Positions 1-13,339 of a DNA stretch of 64,000 nucleotides are shown one piece after another. This DNA is from Paraspadella gotoi. Its lineage: Eukaryota > Animalia > Chaetognatha. The DNA lies in NCBI GenBank assembly GCA_051294375.1, contig CM119263.1, positions 26,972,631 through 27,036,630 of the forward strand, read 5' to 3'. Position 1 is the first letter of the stretch. The number at the start of each line of letters is the position of its first letter. The notes below the pieces were generated by a model. That model saw only the letters and a list, made by a program, of their open reading frames with translations. It was not told the DNA's origin and ran no database searches. The translations under genes and the position numbers were made by a program.

Positions 1-11
1 AAGGAAAAAAG

Positions 12-964
12 CTAAAGGGGGCCTCTCCGATCGTCGCGCCTTTGCTGCTGCTGATGCTGTAGCGGCGAAAGTTGCTGCGATTGAATTTGCGGCACGAAGG
101 GCGAGTCGGAGACGTCGTGGTCGACGGCTTCAGGCGGCGGCAAAATCTGGGAGGCGTCGCGTCGGCGACTGGGGGGTCTGTCTGGCGGGGATCGGACAGG
201 GGAGTGAATGGGGGTCCGGACCGGTGACCGGACGGGGGACCGGACCGGTGACCGGACGGGGGACCGGACTGGGGAACCGGAACGACTTTGGGATCGAGAA
301 GTTCCGACGCGAGATTGTCGGCGGCGGTGACTGTCGCCGTCGGCGGACCACTGGCTCGGGGGATGGCCGGTGGGATGGCCGTCTGGATGGCCAGCGGGAT
401 GGCCGGCGGGAAGAACGACAGGATGGCCGCTTGGATAGGTGATTGGATAGCCGGATGTATGACCCATGAAATGACTAGAATGATAGGCTGTCGTATATCC
501 GACCGGAGGGCTGGAAGCATAACCAACTGGAAAGCTAGCTGGTTGACTGGTAGGATAGGCGGAAGTAGTATATCCGTGGTTATGCACGATTGTATGGCCA
601 CTTGGTTGATCCATCGGATGGCTGATGGGAACGCCAGTGTGATATCCGCTTGGATGGCCGGCGGGAAATCCGCCTGGATTACCACTAAAATGGCCGACGG
701 GATTGGCATACGTAACGTTCGGAAATAGAAGAGGCAAGCTGTTGGAGGAGGGGGCGTGGCTGAGCGCCGCAGCGAGGAGCGAATCCACGCGGACGACGAG
801 TGACTTGACGTCCGCCAGGGATTCCGTGACGTTTGACATTCGATCCTCTAGCGAAGCGACTCGAAGCGTCAACGCCTCCATCTCCTTGAGAACCCCTTCC
901 ACTTCAGAACCAACCTTTGGAAAGGGGGAGGGGCAGAGAGAGAGAGAGAGGAGAAGAAAAGAGA

Positions 965-1033
<69 letters not shown>

Positions 1034-4000
1034 AAAAAGAGAGAGAGAGATGATTTGCAATAGATTAAAAGTAAAAGTAACAGATAAGAAGAGAGAGACG
1101 AACTCCTTTCTCACTTCGCTCGATGTCCTCTGAATTTCCGCCAACGTCACCGAAGATTCCGTCAAGTAGTTAAAGTCGGCCCTGAATTTAAAATTATTAT
1201 TTCATAACTATTTTATTTATTTCTTCAAATTACAATTTAATTTACTATTAATAATAGCAATGATTTAAATTAACAAACACTGTAGAAAAAAAACCGCTAT
1301 TTCAAAAAAAAAAGTTCATATTCGATTCGATAAAGGTTTTAAGCATTGTTTACATTGTCCCGTTTATTTGCCACACAGGTCCATTTATGTTTACGTTTAA
1401 ATGTTTTCATCGCACCTTAGGTTCCGAGCTTTGGTGATGGATGTCAACAACTTGCGGTGATGATGACGGATGACGGCGACTCCGGTCTTTAGCCGCTTGT
1501 GCTTGTAAAAGAGCCATCCGTGCTTGATGATGTTGGCGGCGAGGATCTTCTTGGTGATACTCATTCGGTTGTCGGAGATCAGCTTGGTCACGAATCGCTC
1601 CGATCGGGTCAGCTCCAGCTTCTTGGCCATCACGGCCACGATGAGGGCCGTGCAGCCCGTGCCAAAGAGACCGACTATGGCCGCGATGATGCGGCCGCAG
1701 TGGGTCAGTGGGACCCTGGGAAAGGAAAAGATGAGCATTGTTTGTATATTTTGAATAAATTTGGTCCAACTAATTCAAGAACTATCCATTCATTAAATAA
1801 ATAAATTATCTTGCACCTTAACTTGGACACTGGACAGTGGACAGGTGATGGTGGGTTTAGGCTTCCATCCCTCTTACAAGATATTAACAGCATGACTTTG
1901 CAAGCTTTTAGTCAAGACCGTTGTTCATTGTTTATTGGTATTTTATAATATAATTATATAAAATATTTTATAATATAATTTTATATAATATTTTATAATA
2001 TAATTATAATTATATCTTTTAATTTTAAATTTTTTTCGCTTGGCCAACCATAAGATGCGTCGCAAAAAACTGTGAATACCAATATAAATACAATTATACA
2101 TTGTTTCGTGGGTCAAATTAAAACAATTTAGTTGCGACTTTTTTCCAAATTTCAAACTCACATGTCACCGTAGCCGACAGAAAGAAAAGTGATAATGACG
2201 AGCCATGAAGTGTTGAGTAAGTTGGCGTTTTCAGGGGCGACCTGAGTTAAGTTAAACGAAACTTTTTTAAAAACAAACTGTACATACTGTGTTAATAAGT
2301 CCGTGTTCTTTTTTCAATTATGATTGGATAATGTCGTGGTGCGTGTCAATCATTAAGCGGTTAAATATTGATTGGTAATTTCCAAATCATAGATGTATAT
2401 ATCGTAAGCAACGCGTTAAAGCGAGAGGCTCCAGTTAGTATGTTAAAAGAAAAACCTGAAATCGGCTACAGAATTAGCGCAGTTTTCCGAAATAAATATG
2501 TCTTTCTTTTATTAAAACTTGTTCTTACTTTTAATTCCCAAGCCTTGATGAACGAAGATAGAAAAAAAACATGAAACTATCAAAATGAAAGTTTAAAACA
2601 ATAAAGAATCAATGAAATCTTTTTTTTTCGACAAATTTGTTGATTCCTTCTTATTGCTGGAGTCTTTAAATAAGAATTTTTACTTTGGCCTCAGTACCTG
2701 TAAATGTTTAATTTAACTTAATTAAACTAAAATTAAAATAACTTTTATCCATATCCACTTGTTTTTTGCCATTATATTCCAATAACTGAAGCTCTAACTT
2801 CCCCACTCCTTCCCTTCCCTTCCCTTCCCCACTCCTTCCCTTCCCCCGCTTTCTCACGTTGTACTCGCAGACTCTGAAGGACCACGAGGCCCAGAGCAAC
2901 AGCCCAACCATGAAGGTGGTCAGGATGGTGACTGGCATGACGGTCATCAGACCCTTGAAGATGAACCGGTTGTTGAGATGGACGTGGTTCAGCGCCCCAA
3001 GCGACTGCGACGAAGGCGACTCGAAGAGGGAGCTGTGCATCACGATGACCCGGAGGAGAAGGTAGAGGCGCATGAACATGAAGAGGGAGAACCAGGCGTC
3101 GACTTTGGCCCGGTGGATGCAGGAGGGGGATTCGGGGATGCAGCCTGTAGGGAGAGGGGGTGGTGTAGCGAGATGCGGTTATAGTTGAATTCTACGTAGT
3201 ACGGTTAACATTTTTTTCAAATATGTAGTATTAGTAATTTCGTAAGACACGAACGTTCAACGAACCAGCAAGGATTCTTTCTTCCACTCTCTCTCTATCT
3301 TTCTCTCTTTCTCTCTCGCTTCTCTCTCTCACACTTTCCCATTGACATTTTTTTCGGACTCATGAGACGCGAAACATGTCATTGACCAAGTGGGGCCATT
3401 TCTACCCGTCAAGAAAAAGTCCTTTTATCTGTAAAGTATTTGAGAGCTCGTTTGACTATTCACCATGAACACTGGTGGAGTTGTTAGCGTCGTCGGGATA
3501 GTCCCACTTGGAGAAGTAATCGTGCAGACCAGGATAAGGGTGAATGAGGCAGACGGCGAGTTCAAGAGCGATTCTGTTGATGCGGTGCCACGTGAGCGCC
3601 ACCTGGTGATTGAAGTGAGACACGACGTTGGCGTCATCTTCATTGTGTAAACCAAACATCACAATTAATCCGCCTGTCTTTAAATCATATCGCACTGACT
3701 CTGATCCTCCTAGCCATTATAGGTGGATGATTTGTTTGTCGCTGTATCTAAACCCTAATACAAATAAAAGTACATATTATATTTTATTCATATTATTACT
3801 GACTTTCCTATCAGTTGTATTTAAAACCATCTTTATTGTCTAAAAGTTTTAAAAACAACAGCGTTTTTCCTTTGACGGCGCTAATTCTGAACTCAGTAGA
3901 CGGCACCTGTGTCTCATGGCAAAACAATTTCCGCAAGCAATTTTAACTTTTTTTAGCATGTCTATTGCTAATTCAGTCAGAAAGCTATTTCATCTCAACG

Positions 4001-6020
4001 ATGTCGTGTGCAACGCCATACACAATAGGGTAACCAAAGCAACGAGTTACAATATTATAACGAATTCTAATGTCTTTTACTTGACAGTGGACAGCTTCCA
4101 ATTAATCAATCAATCACTTAATCAATCGATCAATCACCTGCCAATCGTCGAGATTGGAGTCGATCATGAACACTCGAGCGTCTTGCACATGGAACATGAT
4201 GATGAGAACGAGGAGAATCAACGTGGAGGCGGTGATCACGGATCTGAGGAGTTGAAGAGTAGAAAACCTTTCACCAAATGATTTAGTATTATAGGATTTT
4301 TTGTGCATCTTTCATTGAAAATATCATTGCTATTTTTGATGGAAGAATCAGACGTCAAATTGTTTTTTTTTTCTGAGTCAAAACGTAGGTTGTGATTCAG
4401 ACATCAAAGCCGTAATTGTCCAATGAGCTAACTCTGTATCTCCTAAACCAATGGACCCGAGTTCTAGCCCGTATCTGAACACTCCGAAAAGTCTTATAAA
4501 AATATTGACGGGACGGCTAAACAACCGGAAGCAAGGAAACTGAAGGAAAAATGTTTCTGACCCATTGGACACATTAAGCATAGTAGCTTTGAAAACAATC
4601 AGAGGGGAATGGCGACCTTATTGACAAAATTCCCGCCCCCCCCCCCACGGTCTCCCTCTATCCAAAACCTGAGCGTCAAGGACAAGACTCCGTTTTCAAT
4701 CCTCCCTTCCTCGTCCGTCTTCCTCACGCCGTTCATGATGCACTCTCGATCCAGCATCATGACGACGACGCCGAAGACCGCGACGCCGAACGCCCAATCG
4801 TTGAAGTTCTTGCGGAGCGAGAAGAGAACCTTGCGGCGTTTGAGTTTGTACTGGACGGCGCTGTTCTTGGCCGAGGACGAACGACTCGACGCCGGCGCCG
4901 GCGAAGCCGACGAAGCGCGGCGCTGTTGACTCTGCTGCGTGGGGCGGCGCTGACGCGGACCGGTGAGGCAGGAAAGGAGGGGAGAGCGGGAGACAGATGC
5001 CGGCCCGCCGCGGTCGTAGGAACCGTAGGGGCTGCAGGCGCAGGTGCTGACGAGGGAGGGGACGGGAGACGCTGGGGTTGAGGGGGAATGGGGGGGGGAG
5101 AAGAGGGGGGTGGGGGGGAGGTTAAATCGTGGTTGAATGTTGTCGTTGTTGAATATTTTAGAAGTAATAAATTGATTACTATCGCATCTAGTACCATTAA
5201 CGCCGTTTTCATAGCGATCATTTACCAAGGTCGTAAAGATCTTGCATCAATCACTAATCATTTTCCATCAATATGACAATCAACATTATAAGTCGACATT
5301 AAATCGTCATCATTGCCGCAATCTTCATCATCGCCACAATTGTCATCATTGCCGCAAGCGTTAACGCTATCTTTGCTATTATCTCCATCAACGCCTTCTT
5401 TGCCGCTATAGCTATTGGCATCCTCTATGTCACAATCAATCATGACACAATCGTCATCAGCGCCATCTTTATCATAATCTCCATCAATCTTCACCGGAAG
5501 TGAGCGCCGCCTCTCGATTCAAGTTGACGACGTCTTTGTGCGAAGTTTGCTTCTTGGCAAAGTCGGGGCCTCCGTTGAGCTTCTTGGCGGAAAGGGCTGA
5601 GGAATGCATGTATTAAAAATAATGAATATATATGGATAATTTTTATATTGGTTGTACCAATTTCATACAAATTATGATACAAACAGCAAAACTTGGTGAA
5701 GTCTCATAAAAAATGAAATTTACTTATCTTATATTTTCACTAATCGTTATTTTTAAAATTAATGTTATTAATTTTATTAATATTAATATTAATTAACGAC
5801 ATTAATAATTTAAATGAGACTTTCTACTTAGTATCTTTATTCCCTTTCCGCCCGATAATCGTTAAATCTCCCTCTTCCACGCTTTTTGAACGAGGAACGA
5901 ATAAAATGTAGCGCCGGCCAATTTTTACAGCTCTGTCCTTATGAAAGTCATTTCATTCTTTGTAAGTTGCCCTTTGGTTGTAGTTACACAGAGAGCAATT
6001 CCGGCTCGTCTCTTTTCCTG

Positions 6021-6091
<71 letters not shown>

Positions 6092-9000
6092 CTCTTTCTT
6101 TCTTTCTAGCATTCTATATTTCTTTCTATCTTTCTATATTTCTTTTAAATTTTTTTTCTATCTTTCTTTCTATCTTTCTTTTTATATTCTTTCTATCCTT
6201 CTTTTTATTTATCTTTCTTTCTTTCTAGCTTTCAATCTTTCTTTCTTTCTTTCTTTCTTTCTTTTTTTTATCTTTCCTTCTTTCTCTCACACTCTCTCTC
6301 TCTCTCACCCCTCGTCATCCCGTGCGCGGGACTGATCTTCCTCTGCTTAAAATCCGCCACGCCCCCTTTCCGACTGTTGTTGTTGTTCTGGCCGAGCGGC
6401 GAGGCGTCTTGTCCGACGTATGCAAAGTCTTTTGCGTAGTCGGCGGCGGATCGACTTCGGGCGGAGTCGAGGCGGTAGCCGGACTGCGGGCGGGGCGGCG
6501 GCGTCGTCCGGGCGTCCTCGGCGGGCGGCGCCGCGTAGGACAAGCGTCTCCGCCCGGCGGCACCGTCCAGAGCGGCGAGAGAGGAAGGGCTACCCGCGCG
6601 GTCCAAAAAACGGCGCGGCGAAGTGGCGGCGCCGTCGAGAAAGCGGCGCGGCGGACTGACGGCGCCGGAAGATCGAGCGGCGTCGTCAAGAGCGGAAAGA
6701 TTAGCGACGCCGTCGACGAGAGGGTAGGCGTGGTCGTTGGACGCCGTAGTGGGGTGGCGCTCTTCTGTGAAGGAAGAGGAGGAGGAAAAGGAGGAAGAGG
6801 AGGAGGAGGAGGGAGGAGAAGGAGTAGTGAGGCGAGGAGGGGATGGGGATGGGGATAGGGTTCGGGATGGGGATGGGGATAGGGAAAGGGATGGGGATGG
6901 GGATGGGAGGAAAAGAGGTTGGGGGGTAGGAGAATTGGAAGGAAAGAAAATTTATTGGGAATCACGGATAAGGAATTTGTAATAAGCCTTCATTTTCTAT
7001 TGGCTTATTTTTTTATGAGTTCCTCGACTCTTCAGTTTTTTCTTTCTGTTTTTCTTTCTGTTTTTAAACGTTTAATATTTTTATGCTCCCCTTTAATACA
7101 AATTCACTTTCACCTCATCTTTCTTTTTCCTTGTCATTCCCTTTCTACTTTTCTCTCCCCTTTATTTTTTTTTAATTAAAAATAAAAAATCGTCACAACG
7201 ATATCGAGTAACTGAGATTGTTCAACTTAATTCAATAATGAGCGAGTCGTCAGCGCGAGATTCCCCGGGTGAGAAATTAGTTCCCCCCCAGCGATGCCCC
7301 GCGGGGAAATAGGTTTTTCCGACGGGCCAAATATTTCCCCGAGTTTCCCCGTCGTTTCGGTTAATGGAAGATAAGGGAATATCTTCACTGATACAACGTA
7401 AAATTAAAATAAAGCTTAATATAAAATTTAATATTTATAAGAACCATTCAATTAAATTTGATAACACAACCAAAAGAGAGAGTGCAGAGATAACCACGCC
7501 CCCCCAAGTCCACTCACAAAAAAAAAAAGAAAATTAAACAGTAAACAAACTGAAAATTTTGCAGGCGGGAAAAGGGAATTTTAACTGAAACGCAGTCGGT
7601 CGGTCGGTCTTCGCTTAGCGAAACCAATTTCGCTCTCGTCCCAAGAATAAACATAACCTTCCCGTCCCAGCCCGAGCGCTTCTCTTTTTAAAATATATCA
7701 ATTTTATCTAATAACAAGTAAAATTTACTACCATGAATATTACTTTTTAACGAAACTGCGACCCCTGGAAACCAAATCTCGTTTCCGCTACAACGAATCT
7801 CTCTTTGTATTTTTTTATCGATTTTTTTTTTACGTTATCTCCGGACGTACGCGTGGTTGCGCGTGCGCAGTCCTGCGTGTCGCACACGGTTCGCTTTGTG
7901 CGCGGCGGCCATTTTGAGAATTTTGGCTCGTGAATCACAGTAAACAGAAAATGAATTGGAAAAGAGAGGAAAAGATAGAAAAAAATGGAGAAAATGTTAT
8001 CATTGGGATAACGCCCTCTCTGGCCGCTTTGTTTCTCTCTGTTTGTGTGGGGCGGGGAATGGATGGGATGTGTGAGGGAGAAGCGGGAAAATGGGATGGA
8101 GCGGTTTTTGAGGGGAAGGGGGAGAGATTCGAAGAGAGAGAGAGACGACTTGAAGAGAGAAGCGTAGACGAGAGCGGAGGACAGAGAGAGGAGAGGAGGA
8201 GAATGAGAGAGAGAGAAGAGAAGAGTAGAGATAGAGAGAGAGAGAACGAGTGGAAAGAGATGTCAATGTTTAGGTTGATCCATTTGTCATCCTCGTTTCC
8301 GAGAAACGAAAAATGGCAAAAAAAGGGAAAACGTAGGAAAAGGGAAAAGGGTCTCGGTAAAAAAAAAAGAAAATTTTAACAGAGATGAAAAATGGAAACT
8401 AGAAGAAAAATGGGAAAAGAACAACGATATTATTGAGCGAAGGAACTACATTTTACAATTAACTAAAATTGTCCGGAAGAGCGGCGACGACAACGACGAC
8501 GACAACGACGACGACGCCAACGAGATGGTGAACGTTCGTAGACTCGGCGACTCCGGAAAAGATTTATGACCATCGAAACCTCGACGTTAATCCTTAATTC
8601 TCGATGGGTCATTCCAATTCCAGCCCAACGAAGAATGAGAGACGAGTTGGTCGTTTTCATACCGAATCCCTGAATGGAACTGATGAGCGGAAATTCGTTG
8701 GATGGAACTGATGAATGGAATTTATAAAGGAATTAATGAATATAAGGTGAAAATGATCAATGGAATACGTTGATTGGATATTTTAATATTTTAATTGCAT
8801 AGAAATATTTAGGCATGGAATTGATGAAAGGAACTAAATGTAATTGATGACTGAAAATCGTTGTTTGGTATTGATAAATGAAATAAAATGTAATTGATTA
8901 ATATTCGTTGAATAGAGTTGCACAGTCTGCGATGCACACTGTGTACAATGTACCGTGTACGTTCAACGGAATTTGAGGAATTGGCTTGATAAATTGAATT

Positions 9001-12000
9001 AACTGTAAATGGAATGGATAAATGCAGACAAGAACAAAGAGCTATTTCAATAATACAATTAAATATTTAAAAAAAAAGGGACAAATAAAATAATTGAAGA
9101 TAAGTAAAACAATACAAATGGAATTTGCGAACAATATTGAATGTTGATTTAACCAAAAAGAGTTTGGCGGGAAAAGCCTGGACTCTTGATCGATAATACA
9201 ACGTCGCGGACCCGACGGTGGTCTTTGCAATTTAGGACAAAGTGGTGGTTCTCTCCTTAGGACAACGCTACATTTTAATCGCTACTTTCAACACGCGTAT
9301 TAGAAAGCGAGAGGAGAAGAGGAGAGAGAGAGAGAGAGACGAGAGACCGGATGGAGGGAGAGAGAGAGAGAGAAGAGAGAGAGAGATGAAGACGAGAAGA
9401 GACAGAGACGTTACAACCGGATGTGCTGACGCGGTCGTCTGATTTAATCGAACGAATGACTTTGATGACAAAAACGACAGAGATGACAAAAGAGGTTTTC
9501 CGACAACGACGATGACAGAGAGAGAGAGACGATGATGAATACGACAACAAAACCGACGCGCGGCCACTAATCAATGATGGCGTGACGGGAAGTTTTGGTG
9601 AATGAACGTGTCGCTGGGGACTTTATGCAAATAACAGCAGTGCAATTCCTAACCGCAAGCGGAACAGCGCACTATCCCTCGACCACGCTCAGAGTGACTG
9701 GCGAGCAGTGAGCTAGCTGACGATATACTGACCACTGTACCTAACGGATGATAGGAGAGAATGGAGACTGGCTCCTGAGAGAGAGAACTAGATAGGCGAT
9801 CGAGGCGAGATGATGACTGAGGGTGGAGAGGGAGATGAGACGATAGTGGGAGAGAGAGCCCAGTACTGTAATAAGCGGGGTAGGATAGATAGAGGTCCGT
9901 CTGTTTTTTTAGAATAGAACATGAGATATGTGAATCACCGAACCTTTAACGAGCTGAGAGATCACGCCGTACTGGAAGGAAAGGGGTAGACAGAGTCAGA
10001 GATATAATCAGTAAATTTATTTTGAATAAGCACCAAGAGCGAGACAGTGAATTGACGGCGGGAAAGAGAAAAAAAAGAAAGAAAGATCAAAGAAAGGAAA
10101 GAAAGATGACAGGGAAGAGAGAAGAAAGAGAGTACAACTACTAGAGGAACCAAAGGCAGAATAGACTAGACGTCAAGAGAACAATAGGAAAAGATAGAAG
10201 ATATACGAAAATCAGAGGGATAAGAGTTGGGGAGTAAGTGCGGGACAAGAAATAGGGCAAGGGCTGAAGAATAGGAGGGGGCGAACGTACAAGAGGCTGG
10301 GGAAAGAAGCTGGGAAGAAAAGCAGAAGCGGGAGGAAAGCAGTAGGGATAAACGACAAAGAAAAGAAAGAGGCAGCAAAAAATAAGAGAAAGAGAAAGAA
10401 AAAAGAGTAGAAAGTCTAACGAGAAGAGAAGAAAGAAAAAAGAAATGAAAGAAAAGAAGAAAAGAAGAAAAGAAAGCAAATAACGGAAAAGAGATAAAAA
10501 GAAAGAAAAGAAGAACTTCGACCTTTCTTGCTGAACTTCTTTGCGACATCTGGTCTGTCTGGAAAAACTGGAGGTTGGTCAAGAAATGAAAGTAAAAAAC
10601 AAGAAATGATGAAAAGATGACAACGAAGAAAATGAAAGAAAGACTTCGACTCTTGTCCGACATCTGGTGTCGAAAAAACGAGTTGTCAATGAAAAAGTTA
10701 AAAAAAGAAGAAAAGATGAAGAAAATAATAGTAAAGAAAGATAATTAAGGAAATGAAGAAGAGAAAAGAAGAAATGAACAAAGTAAAGAAAAGAAAATGA
10801 AAGAATGAAAAAGAGATAGAAAGAAGAACAGAAAGAAGCAAAGTAAAGAAAAAAGAAATAAGAAAAAAAAAAAAGAAGAAATTGAGAGGGCATGATGAAT
10901 AGGGAGCATGACAGAGCTAACAGCATCTCACAAGCCATGTTAATCACTGATGCGAAAACGCAACTCAATCATGACGACGTCAAGGTCCATGCATCTACGT
11001 TCATTTAATAAAAAAAGTTCTATGACGCCCACAAAGGAAACCCGGAGATTATATATCTCTAAACGCATCTATCCACGTAAATCTGTCCACTTTTTGTCTA
11101 AGCGTCATAAAACCTACTGACTCTCTTTTTTTTTTCGCCATCCAGATGTTCGCTCAAAGAAGTCGTTGATTCTCCGATTTCGTCATCAAAGTATTCGCCG
11201 TCGCGTTGACATCAGAGTTTCCCGTTGTGTTTCTTATCGGAAAGTCACTAAGTGCCGAAACGTGACCAAAGCGTTAAGGGACTTCGAATCGGGTTGGCGC
11301 CTGATCATTACTGAGAAATGGTTTTTCGTCGTCCTTCACTCTTAAAACTTCAGCTTTTTTTAATGGTTGGTTTAGTAAGGATTAATAAAGAATAAAGGAT
11401 AAATCAAAGCTTACATAATAATGTATAAAACTTACAGTTTCTCCACCATTTGTGTAGATTTAGGTTTTTTGGCTTTTTATAAAAAGTTTTTAACACTTTG
11501 CTGCGTTTCTTCATTTCGACAGGACACCACTTTAAAAGTTTGCTTTTTAGTCCAACATTGTAATCATTGCAAAAGAATACATTTTAAAAAAAATACCATT
11601 AGGATCATTTCATGGCTACTTTGAGACAATTGCGTCCTTGCCACCAATTTCTTTGCTCCTTGTTTTTTCATCTAAACTCGCTTTTTCAGCTTGTTAAGTC
11701 AATTAATGAGAATAATTTCATCAGGCAATTCTGCCTCTTTCTCCCTCGTCGGCAGACTTTTTTCGATTGCCATTGTCAAATGTAAACTGATCAGCAAAGT
11801 CTGTTGTCTGCCTTTTAGTGGTTGTTGCTTACTAATCCTTTGTAGACTGCGAAAAGAGAACATTCGCTGTTCCTCCAAAATAAAATAACAAATATACATA
11901 GCACAAGAAAACATTTCAGAAAATTAGAGAGTTAAATAAGATTTTAAAAGCTTTAAATTTGAAGAGAAGAAAAAGTTAAAGGGATTCGGAAAAGATAAAG

Positions 12001-13199
12001 GAGATCGATTTGAATGAAAAGGTGATTCGAGAAAAACAAATTATTCACGCTAACGTAGAAGAAAAAGTGTACAAACGTTTTTGGCCCTCGGTTGGAGCAT
12101 CAAATGAAGATAAACCCTTTAGGAAGATGTCGCTCTAAGTTTGAGTAAAAGAGCTAAATTTGTCGAACAGTCCATCAATGTCCTATGGTCCATGCGCAAG
12201 AATAAGTCTCAAAGACATTAATGTTAAAAATTACATAAATGAAAGCTAGGGAAGAAACTCAATTACTTAAATCATATCAATTCTTAGTCTTACTCAGATA
12301 CGAAATGTATTAATTTTCTTTCCACTATCGTCAAGATAACTGAGAATCATTATTTCATCCGCTTTTTTCCTGAAGAACAAATTTTCTTTTTCGAAAGACT
12401 CTCATCGTATCAGATATCGATAAAAAGTTTGCACAAGAAAAATACAAAACCACGACTACAATAAAAGACTACAACGACGACCACTACCGAAACCACAACG
12501 ACGACCACAACCGCAACCACATTAGGACCACAACCCAACCACTCTCTCACCAGTGTATCTCGGAACGGAACCGTTCATTCGAGAGATGAGAGGAATCTCG
12601 TAGTTTTCATCCTCGGCCGGCGGCAGCCCGCCGCCGCCGCCGCCGCCGCCGCTGACGCCGTTGACGCCGCCGAGCCCCGTGAAACTTGCTCCGCGCCCCT
12701 CCGCCCACGATAGGCCGCGTCCGTCGGGTCCGCCGCCACCGATGACGGCCACGCCCACTAAGTGAGAATGAGATCGACTTCCGGTGACGAATCCCGGCGC
12801 CTCGCGTCTGTGACTGAGGTGGGAAGGGGGGGGAGAAGGAAATCAAAGTTGGTCAAGAAGATGGATGGAAGAAGAGTGGGTAAGTTAATGAGATGAGTAA
12901 ATTATCTCGTTTGAAGTGTCGATAATGTCTGATAGGGTTAGAACTAATTGACCTTGACCCAAGAAAAATGTTTGATTGGGTTAGAACTAATTGACCTTGA
13001 CCCAAGAAAAATGTTTGATTGGATTAGAACCTTGACCCAAGAATCGACTAATGAGTCAAAGAAGCGACCAACGACCCTTTTACGTTGCATCGTCAATATT
13101 TTCATTCGCAAATAAAGGTCACGAACCATCATTAACCACCATTAACCATCGTTAATCAATGACCATGTCTTAGCCCTACGGTTACCTGGCCTCTTCCAT
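12..13199 (-). CDS. KCNN: Small-conductance calcium-activated potassium channel (SK/KCa2, KCNN family), 12 coding exons
   Basis: GT-AG exons in transcript order: 13186-13199 (ATG GAA GAG GCC AG, in-frame stop upstream), 12551-12813, 6309-6764, 5495-5582 (or -5596), 4669-5046, 4138-4243, 3464-3602, 2858-3144, 2162-2241, 1416-1715, 1115-1181, 12-914 (TAG at 12-14). Motifs: S1 YKLKRRKVLFSLRKNFNDWAFGVAVFGVVVMML; S2-S3 FMIDSNLDDWQVALT..ELAVCLIHPYPG; S4 FMRLYLLLRVIVMHS; pore TFLSVGYGDMVPLTHCGR; S6 GTGCTALIVAVMAKKLELTRSER; CaM-binding domain AANIIKHGWLFYK. The core exons (12-5046) are secure; the four 5' exons are linked only by splice phase. Confidence 0.93.
2162..2241 (-). CDS. KCNN: KCNN pore exon with K+ selectivity filter (absent from the ORF track)
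   Basis: Reads VAPENANLLNTSWLVIITFLSVGYGD(M); AG acceptor at 2242-2243, GTGAGT donor at 2160-2161; phases match both neighbours. Confidence 0.96.
6022..6270. repeat. (TTTC)n microsatellite with degenerate extension
   Basis: Pure TTTC run at about 6022-6090, then a TTTC/TATC mosaic. Confidence 0.95.
11017..11113. repeat. Short element with imperfect terminal inverted repeats (MITE-like)
   Basis: GTTCTATGACGCCCACAAA ... TTTGTCTAAGCGTCATAAAAC, enclosing an internal GAGATTATATATCTC hairpin. Confidence 0.35.
12931..13043. repeat. 43-bp tandem repeat (2 full copies plus a partial) in KCNN intron 1
   Basis: Unit GAT(A/T)GGGTTAGAACTAATTGACCTTGACCCAAGAAAAATGTTT. Confidence 0.9.
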
Positions 13200-13339
13200 C
13201 CTTAACCGCCAGCGAATCGGATTCCGAACGTTGGAATCAAGATGGCGTTCGCTTGTCAGATTCGTTGTCGACGCCCACGACACGTCGGCGCCGCAACGAC
13301 TGAACGACCGACCCACCGACCGAGCGACGGCGGAGGTCG

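Noticed and set aside
3355-3385. CTCATGA..GAAACATGTC hammerhead-like string
   Set aside because: Core G5 is substituted, stem II is essentially absent and stem I does not pair.
4443-4474. Possible small KCNN exon (IRARTRVHWF) needing a non-canonical GA donor
   Set aside because: Extending the S1 exon to the GT donor at 4667-4668 gives VLSLTLR-SVITAST in phase, matching SK S2 with canonical splicing.
8678-8720. CTGATGAGCGGAAA hammerhead-like string
   Set aside because: No stem II or III; part of a degenerate TGAATGGAACTGA repeat.
5886-10968. Many ORFs rich in F/L/S or R/E (also 20396-21264, 23421-24890, 52429-53184)
   Set aside because: Translations of TTTC, GA and TCA/TCG microsatellites; no splice or homology support.
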